Shown piece after piece: positions 17,599 to 20,000 of a stretch of DNA of 20,000 nucleotides. Numbering within the stretch: position 1 is the first letter of the stretch; every line of letters begins with the position of its first letter. This DNA comes from Acidimicrobiia bacterium. Lineage in GTDB: Bacteria > Actinomycetota > Acidimicrobiia > Spongiisociales > UBA11373. The translations under genes were made by a program, and so were the position numbers. Where the stretch lies: assembly GCA_040878325.1 (NCBI GenBank), contig JBBDMM010000016.1:184354-204353 (forward strand), read 5' to 3'. Under the pieces are notes generated by a model, which was not told the DNA's origin, did no database searches, and worked only from the letters and a program-made list of their open reading frames with translations.

Positions 17599-18561
17599 CT
17601 AGACAGCTATCGCTTTCTCCGCCTCCTCAGCCCTCGCGACGATGAAACCGGCGAGATCCACGAAGGGATCGAACCCGATCACCTGGGGTGCGTCGGCTAC
17701 GAAGTTGGAGAGGGCGTTGATGTCGTAGAAGTAGGGCCGGCCGTCTCTGGAGTTCACCAGATACTCCACGCCACCGAGGTCCATTCCCGCGCCTTCGATT
17801 ATCCGCTTCGTGATATCGATCACATCCTCGGGTGGTGTGAACGCCTCCACCGGGAGCCCCCGGCCGGAGACGCCGTCGGCGATGCCCGGGACTTCGCAGT
17901 AGTCGGCCGGGCACAGGTTGAATGAGCCCGGGAGGAGCCGGAGGCGAATCGCGTAGAGATACTCGCCGTCGAGGATCTCCACCCTCACGATGCTGTCGCC
18001 CTCTGCGGGCAGATGCTCCTGCACCAGTGCCAAGCCGTCGTAGCTCAGATCCTCCAGCTCACCTGATCGTACGGCCGCTTCCAACTCAGCGGTGTCGGCG
18101 AACGACCGGATGCCCGCTCCGCTCCCGCCGAGATTGGGCTTCACCAGAATCGGGAAGCGAAGACCAGTCGCGGCTTCGATCACCTCCGCCGGGTCGCTGA
18201 ACGGTCTTCCCGCCGGATGACTGACACCCAGGTCTGCGAGCAGCTCGAGCTGACGTGTCTTCGATATCTCGTATTCGAAGGCTGCGGCCCCGTTGATGAC
18301 CGGCACTCCATCGGTATCGAGTCGCCGAAGGAGATCCTGAGTCCTGGCAATCGCCGGGCCGTTCCCCCTGGTCCAGGCGGACGGGCTCATCCGGTTGACC
18401 ACCAGACGGCAATCCTCGAGCGCACCCACCAGGTCAATCCGCGAGTCCGAGGCGTCCACCGGCAAATACTCCACACCACGCCGATCCAGCTCGGCGAAGA
18501 GCGGTTTGAACCAGAGCGGATGCTCGTACAAGATTCCGATGGGTTGTGTGATGGCTCTCAT
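17599..18561 (-). CDS. RimK/glutathione-synthetase-like ATP-grasp protein
   Basis: LYEHPLWFKPLFAEL, VNRMSPS, FPILVKPNLGGSGAGI, LVQEHLP, FNLCPADYC, GGVEYL and YDINALSNF. Confidence 0.85.
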   Translation of the reverse strand: MRAITQPIGILYEHPLWFKPLFAELDRRGVEYLPVDASDSRIDLVGALEDCRLVVNRMSPSAWTRGNGPAIARTQDLLRRLDTDGVPVINGAAAFEYEISKTRQLELLADLGVSHPAGRPFSDPAEVIEAATGLRFPILVKPNLGGSGAGIRSFADTAELEAAVRSGELEDLSYDGLALVQEHLPAEGDSIVRVEILDGEYLYAIRLRLLPGSFNLCPADYCEVPGIADGVSGRGLPVEAFTPPEDVIDITKRIIEGAGMDLGGVEYLVNSRDGRPYFYDINALSNFVADAPQVIGFDPFVDLAGFIVARAEEAEKAIAV

Positions 18562-18729
18562 GCCCGCCTTGGTTTAGCGTTACGCTGCCCGTAGTAGCTA
18601 CTCAGTGTCGTATATCCGACACGTCCTGCACCATTGCTCCATGAATCCACCCAGGGACAACCTTCCCGGTCATCACACCTAGACGGCTCTTCTGATCCGT
18701 TTGTCGATTTCGACTGCGACCAGAACGGT

Positions 18730-18765
18730 AGAAACCCGGTCAGCGTACTGCTGACCCCGGCTTCT
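18730..18765 (-). terminator. Imperfect terminator-like hairpin downstream of tRNA fragment copy 2
   Basis: GGTCAGC-GTACT-GCTGACC core with AGAA/TTCT outer pairing. Confidence 0.55.
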
Positions 18766-18767
18766 AC

Positions 18768-18810
18768 TAGCGGGGGCGGGATCTGAACCCTCGACCTTCG
18801 GGTTATGAGC
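18768..18810 (-). repeat. tRNA-fMet(CAT) 3'-half copy 2 (degenerate att-like scar)
   Basis: Reverse complement GCTCATAACCCGAAGGTCGAGGGTTCAGATCCCGCCCCCGCTA. It has the canonical CTCATAA loop, two T-arm substitutions relative to copy 1, and no 5' half. Confidence 0.82.
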
Positions 18811-18952
18811 GAGGCCGGGGTGTTCGCTGACCTGAGGAAATGCGCGAAATGCCTGTTCAGAAGCCATTTGTGTTTCGCGACATTTCGGGTTCGTGACCGT
18901 CCCATCGCATCCTCTCGCGATATGGACGCGCGATGGAAGCGCCTTCGCTGGG

Positions 18953-19471
18953 TCACCCTCTCAGGGTTCTGTGGATGTCTTTCATCAACAGGACGAGGTG
19001 CAGCGCGTCGGTAGGTGACTGTGCGAATTCGGGGATGAGATTGACGTAGAAGTCTCGAGCCTCCGGCCTCTCGGCGTGAACAAGTAGGCCCCGGCATCCG
19101 ATCTCAACTCCCAACTGCGCAGTCCGACCGATGGCATCGGCGAGGAGACCGGCACCGAGTCCTCGGCCTTCGTGCTCTTGGGATACACCAAGTCGGGCGA
19201 GCAGCGCAACGGGCTGCGGGTACCGTCCCGCACCCTGGCGCGCCCGTGCCGGAGCATCCTCGATCGAGATACTGGCCATCGACCAGGCGTAGTAGGCGAC
19301 CACCAGGACACTGTCATCCGGAGTGACGACCAGCACCTTCGCTGTTCCCGCCGCGTGGGCCTGTCGTGCATGGTGGCGTAGCCAGTCGGTCTGTTCGGCG
19401 GATCGACACTCGAACGGGTCGACGATGTCACCGGCCTCCAACAGCCTGGGAGGCCGATACCGTTGCGTCAC
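18953..19471 (-). CDS. GNAT acetyltransferase toxin (TacT/AtaT family)
   Basis: GTG start overlapping the antitoxin stop (GTGA). Motifs FEC...WLRHHA, VVAYY, PVALLARLGVS...GRGLGAGLLADAI, LLVHA, ARDFY and LMKDI. Confidence 0.9.
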   Translation of the reverse strand: MTQRYRPPRLLEAGDIVDPFECRSAEQTDWLRHHARQAHAAGTAKVLVVTPDDSVLVVAYYAWSMASISIEDAPARARQGAGRYPQPVALLARLGVSQEHEGRGLGAGLLADAIGRTAQLGVEIGCRGLLVHAERPEARDFYVNLIPEFAQSPTDALHLVLLMKDIHRTLRG

Positions 19472-19755
19472 TCGTCGGTGAACGGCGACGGCCGTGCCAT
19501 CAACTCGCGGAGCCCGGTCAGGCTGCGAGCACGACGACGGTTGATCTCCTCCCACGCGGCTCGAGCCTCAGGTTCGAGCACAAACTTGGTCCGGTCGGCC
19601 AGCACCCGACGGGACGCCACGGTCAGATTGGTGATGACGAAGTCGGTCAGGTCGGTTCCGGACGCCGTTACCGCCCGGTCAATGAGCGCACGATCCTCAG
19701 GAGTCGTCCGCACCTCGAGACGCTCACTGCGAGTTCGCTTCGTGCCGGTGGCCAT
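19468..19755 (-). CDS. DUF1778 ribbon-helix-helix antitoxin (TacA/AtaR family)
   Basis: RSERLEVRTT...LIDRA...LTDFV...VLADRT.F.L; 95 aa; AAGGA RBS; directly upstream of the GNAT gene. Confidence 0.9.
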   Translation of the reverse strand: MATGTKRTRSERLEVRTTPEDRALIDRAVTASGTDLTDFVITNLTVASRRVLADRTKFVLEPEARAAWEEINRRRARSLTGLRELMARPSPFTDE

Positions 19756-19862
19756 GGTTCAACTTTCCTTCAGTACGGCCAGTGTACGGCCACACCCAGG
19801 GATGGTCAACCAGTGACTGCGTTGCGCTCCAGCGCAACCTGGCATCAGCCCGATCGGACAAC

Positions 19863-19902
19863 GTCAGAGGCCCTCTCCGATTTCCCGGAAAGGGCCTCTG
19901 AC
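19863..19902 (-). terminator. Terminator-like hairpin downstream of tRNA fragment copy 3
   Basis: GTCAGAGGCCCT...AGGGCCTCTGAC, a 12-bp perfect outer stem. Confidence 0.75.
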
Positions 19903-19915
19903 TTGGTTGTTCACT

Positions 19916-19960
19916 TGGTAGCGGGGGCGGGATTTGAACCCGCGACCTTCTGGCTCCGAA
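19916..19960 (-). repeat. tRNA 3' fragment copy 3 (fMet-type T-arm/acceptor with CCA and a divergent anticodon loop)
   Basis: Reverse complement TTCGGAGCCAGAAGGTCGCGGGTTCAAATCCCGCCCCCGCTACCA. Identical to copy 1 over more than 30 nt, with no D-arm upstream. Confidence 0.82.
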
Positions 19961-20000
19961 CCAACACTGCGCGCCCGACGAAGCAGAAGACCGGCCTAAA

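Larger units (their letters stand above)
4506..18810. mobile_element. Putative degenerate tRNA-fMet-integrated genomic island carrying redox/metal cargo
   Basis: Bounded by direct repeats of the tRNA 3' half, with mosaic content and several pseudogenes. No integrase is seen inside. Confidence 0.6.

Noticed and set aside
18558..19097. ORFs containing LITRRSRVQIPPPL or AHNPKVEGSDPAPA
   Set aside because: These are translations of the tRNA fragment, a well-known source of spurious proteins.
4462..19960. Intact tRNA genes or a tRNA-Sec
   Set aside because: All three copies lack a D-arm and 5' acceptor strand. None has a TCA anticodon or long variable arm.
1..20000. CRISPR array, transposase, integrase or sel genes
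   Set aside because: No regularly spaced repeats or matching ORFs are seen in the window.

Overview
High-GC bacterial window, probably Actinomycetota and possibly Acidimicrobiia (inferred from GC content, a lipoprotein solute-binding protein and gene families). Positions 370-4393 hold an intact YdcSTUV/PotABCD-type polyamine-family ABC transporter. From about 4460 to the end is a tRNA-associated accessory region marked by three minus-strand 3'-half copies of tRNA-fMet (about 4462, 18768 and 19916), each followed by a terminator-like hairpin. These delimit a ~14.3 kb redox/metal cargo segment and a ~1.1 kb DUF1778/GNAT toxin-antitoxin cassette. The most notable result is two genes that the ORF track splits at an in-frame TGA lying exactly on the catalytic Cys, each with a downstream SECIS-like hairpin. 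One is an AhpC/TSA redoxin (W-U-P-Y-C). The other is a flavin disulfide reductase (GGT-U-INVGC) directly behind merA in a minimal MerR-controlled operon with no merT, merP or merB. Several decayed gene remnants are also present.
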